This document shows positions 34,549 to 37,258 of a stretch of 37,258 bases of DNA, piece by piece. A program made the position numbers and the translations under genes. The first letter of the stretch is position 1, and the number at the start of each line of letters is the position of its first letter. This stretch comes from an uncultured Sulfurimonas sp. Lineage in GTDB: Bacteria; Campylobacterota; Campylobacteria; Campylobacterales; Sulfurimonadaceae. The notes under the pieces were generated by a model. It saw nothing but the letters and a program-made list of their open reading frames with translations, had not been told where the DNA came from and searched no databases. Location of the stretch: assembly GCA_964646705.1 (NCBI GenBank), contig CAZYEW010000008.1, positions 1-37,258 on the forward strand, written 5' to 3'.

Positions 34549-37258
34549 GCGGCTTCGTCGCCTTCGAGGCGCTGATGGCCAGCGCGGGCAGCGGCAAGAC
34601 CTTTGCGCTGGTCGTGCGCTATTTGAGCCTGCTGTTTCTGGGCGAAAAGCCCGAATCGGTACTGGCGCTGACGTTTACGAACAAAGCCGCGGGCGAAATG
34701 CAGACGCGCATCGTCGAAACCCTGGAGCGTTTCGAAGGCAGCGACGAGGCACGGTTCGTCGCGGAAGCGACGGGTTTGAGCGCTCAGGAACTGCGCGAAC
34801 GTCTTCCGCGGGTGCTTAGCGAGGTACTCAATGCCGACACCAAGGTGACGACCATCGACAGCTTCTTCGCCCGGATTTTGAGAAAATTCTCCCTGCGTGC
34901 GGGCGTGATGCCCGATTTTACGACGTACGAAGCGCAGCATGCCATGAAAGTGACGGTGCGTTTTTTGCGGCTGTGCGAGCAGTCGGGAAAAACCGCCGCG
35001 CTGATCGCGCTGGCCCAGACGCACGCCAAACGTCTGGGCGACGTGTTCACGCTGCTCGATACGCTCTACGTCCGCTCGCCCGAACTGGCCGCGACGGCGC
35101 TTGACGAGGCGGATATCGGGCCTTTCGAGGCGGCGGTGATGCATCGCTACGACGCGCTGGCAGCCGCTTTCGAGACCAAGGAACTCTCCGCGCGTTCGCG
35201 CAAGGCGCTCGCGTGTGACGGGATCGAAGAAGTGCTTTCGGCCTCATGGCTCGCCAAACCGTCGTTGAACTACTGGGATTTCAAAAAACATTTCGAACCG
35301 GCGATGGACACGCTCTTCGCAGCGCTCAAAACGGCCGTCGCCGACTATTTTCGAGCGCGTGAGCGGCACTTTTTCGCCCAGCTTTTCGCACTGCTCGATC
35401 TTTACGCCGCCGCCAAACGTGCCATCGCCGCAGAGGAAAACGAACTCGGCTTCGACGACATTACCGTCCTCGTGCACGGCCTGATGCGCGGGGGCATCGA
35501 GAGCGACTTTCTGTATTTTCGACTCGACAGCCGCATCGGGCACCTGCTGCTCGACGAATTTCAGGACACTTCGGTGGTGCAGTTCGATGTGCTCGAACCG
35601 CTCGTCGACGAGATGCGTTCGGGCGAAGGCGTGCGCGAACACAGTTCGTTTTTTATCGTCGGAGATGTCAAACAGTCGATTTACCGCTTTCGCGGCGGCA
35701 GCAAAGAGCTGTTTGCGGCGGTGACGGAGCGCTATCATATGCAGGTGCGGTCGCTGACGACGAACTGGCGCAGCAGTGCACAGGTCGTCGGGTTCGTCAA
35801 CGACGTCTTTCGTGACCGTATCGACGGTTATGAAGATCAGCAGGTCAAACCGGGCGCGAACGAGGGCTGCGTCGAAGTCGTGCGTGCCGAAGAAGATGTT
35901 CTCGAAACGGCCGCGGGAATCGTCGGTACGCTTTTGAAGCGGGGTGCCGGGGCCGAGGAGATCGCGATACTGACGGCGACGAACAAGGATGCGGATGCGG
36001 TGAAAATGCGGCTCGAACGCGACGGCGTCGCGGTCGTGACCGAAACGACGTCGAAACTGATTTCGGTTCGGCGGGTGCAGGCGCTGATCGCCTATTTGAA
36101 ATACTGTTATTTCGGCGAAGAGATTTACCGCCGGGCCTTCTTCGCGCTCAGCGACCTTGAAGAAGTCCCGCTCGCACGGCGGCAGATCGGCGCCGGCGAA
36201 ATAACCGCGGCCCTGCGCGACGTCATCGCCAGCTTCGGGCTTTTCGACGGCGATATGAATATCGTGCGTTTTCTGGGAGAAACGGAGCGCTTTGCGGATC
36301 TCGAAGCGTTTTTGTTCGAGTACGAACGCATCGACACCCATGCCGTCGGCAGCGCGATGAAAGGGGTGCGGGTGCTGACGGTGCACAAATCGAAAGGGCT
36401 GGAATTTCAATACGTCATCGTCCTTGACCGGCTGGGGCGCAAAAACAGCGGCGGGGATCCGATTGTGTTCGATTACGAGGGGGTGCGGCTGCGGCGCCTG
36501 TATCTGCGCCAGAAAAACCGTGCCGAGCTGGACCCCGACTACGCGGCGGCGCTCGCACGCGAAAAGGCACTGGCCGAAGACGACGAACTCAACGCACTCT
36601 ACGTCGCGTTTACCCGGGCGGTCGAACAGCTGTATGTCGTGATGAAGGAAAAAGATTCGAAATTCGAGCGTCTGGGGCTTTCGGAACAGCGAAGGGGACG
36701 GCCCGACATTGCAGCACCCGAGCGCGACGATACGCCGCCGCCCGCGTTTCCTGATTACGAACCGCAGCGGCTCGGACGCCAGCGCGAGGTGGTGACGAGA
36801 GAAACCTCGGCATACGCCCCCGACGACCATGCCGCGATCGCACTGGGGAGTGCCCTGCATTACGTCCTTGAGATGATCGGCAGTTTCGAGCAGGCGGCAC
36901 TTCCCGCTGCGCTCGAAGCGGCGCGCAACCGTTACGGCGACGTGCTCGACGCGGCCGCTTTCGAGTCGATCGGACGGCGGGTAGGGCGCCTGCTGGACGA
37001 TGCACACTTTCGCACGCTATGTCGCGGAAAGGTTTTCAGGGAGCATCCTCTGATTTATGACGGTGCACTGCGCTACCTCGACTTGCTGGTGAACAGCGGC
37101 GGAGAGTGGGTCGTGATCGATTACAAAAGCGCCGGATACGGCGATACCGCCCACCGTGCGCAGGTCGAAAACTACGTCGAGGCGATGCGAACGATTACGG
37201 GCGATGCGGTACAGGGATGGCTGTGCTACCTGCTCGAAGAAGAGATCCGGTGGCTGCG
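34545..37258 (+). CDS. addA: AddA/RecB-like helicase-nuclease (runs off the window end)
   Basis: Not in the ORF track (no stop in the window). ATG 34545: ASAGSGKT, LTFTNKAA, TIDSF, DEFQDT, GDVKQSIYRFRGG, TVHKSKGLEF, YVAFTRA, C-terminal LDLLV...IDYKS. Confidence 0.93.
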   Translation, partial: MSGFVAFEALMASAGSGKTFALVVRYLSLLFLGEKPESVLALTFTNKAAGEMQTRIVETLERFEGSDEARFVAEATGLSAQELRERLPRVLSEVLNADTKVTTIDSFFARILRKFSLRAGVMPDFTTYEAQHAMKVTVRFLRLCEQSGKTAALIALAQTHAKRLGDVFTLLDTLYVRSPELAATALDEADIGPFEAAVMHRYDALAAAFETKELSARSRKALACDGIEEVLSASWLAKPSLNYWDFKKHFEPAMDTLFAALKTAVADYFRARERHFFAQLFALLDLYAAAKRAIAAEENELGFDDITVLVHGLMRGGIESDFLYFRLDSRIGHLLLDEFQDTSVVQFDVLEPLVDEMRSGEGVREHSSFFIVGDVKQSIYRFRGGSKELFAAVTERYHMQVRSLTTNWRSSAQVVGFVNDVFRDRIDGYEDQQVKPGANEGCVEVVRAEEDVLETAAGIVGTLLKRGAGAEEIAILTATNKDADAVKMRLERDGVAVVTETTSKLISVRRVQALIAYLKYCYFGEEIYRRAFFALSDLEEVPLARRQIGAGEITAALRDVIASFGLFDGDMNIVRFLGETERFADLEAFLFEYERIDTHAVGSAMKGVRVLTVHKSKGLEFQYVIVLDRLGRKNSGGDPIVFDYEGVRLRRLYLRQKNRAELDPDYAAALAREKALAEDDELNALYVAFTRAVEQLYVVMKEKDSKFERLGLSEQRRGRPDIAAPERDDTPPPAFPDYEPQRLGRQREVVTRETSAYAPDDHAAIALGSALHYVLEMIGSFEQAALPAALEAARNRYGDVLDAAAFESIGRRVGRLLDDAHFRTLCRGKVFREHPLIYDGALRYLDLLVNSGGEWVVIDYKSAGYGDTAHRAQVENYVEAMRTITGDAVQGWLCYLLEEEIRWL

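Noticed and set aside
1-37258. CRISPR arrays, tRNA/rRNA genes, transposases or integrases, phase-variable poly-G/C tracts
   Set aside because: None seen. Coding density is near complete, and the long homopolymers I noticed are short A/T runs within intact frames.

Overview
High-GC chromosomal window that looks like Campylobacterota (Epsilonproteobacteria). That assignment is inferred from the cytochrome c-type NosZ, the DUF507-carA-ccoNOQP-addBA gene order and promoters with a -10 but no clear -35. Left to right: an MFS transporter; a Cys-free Crp/Fnr (NssR/Dnr-like) regulator divergent from a four-gene operon (TusA/DUF2249-like, 12-TM His-containing membrane protein, DUF59/SufT-like, small membrane protein); a PemK/MazF toxin-antitoxin pair; a DUF190-crcB-dedA-P3A H+-ATPase-APC permease block; a complete clade II N2O-reduction cluster on the minus strand (nosZ-B-D-G-C1-C2-H-F-L-Y-L'); a divergent stand-alone Aer-type PAS protein; metH; and a housekeeping block (DUF507, carA, DsbD_2/TauE-like, ccoNOQP plus accessory genes, addB, partial addA). 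The strongest non-coding signal is four TTG(A/C)-N6-TCAA boxes, each centred exactly 29.5 nt from the first base of a -10 hexamer. They link the uncharacterised operon, nosZ, nosB and the PAS gene into one putative NO-responsive regulon. All family calls come from motif recognition by eye; no searches were run.
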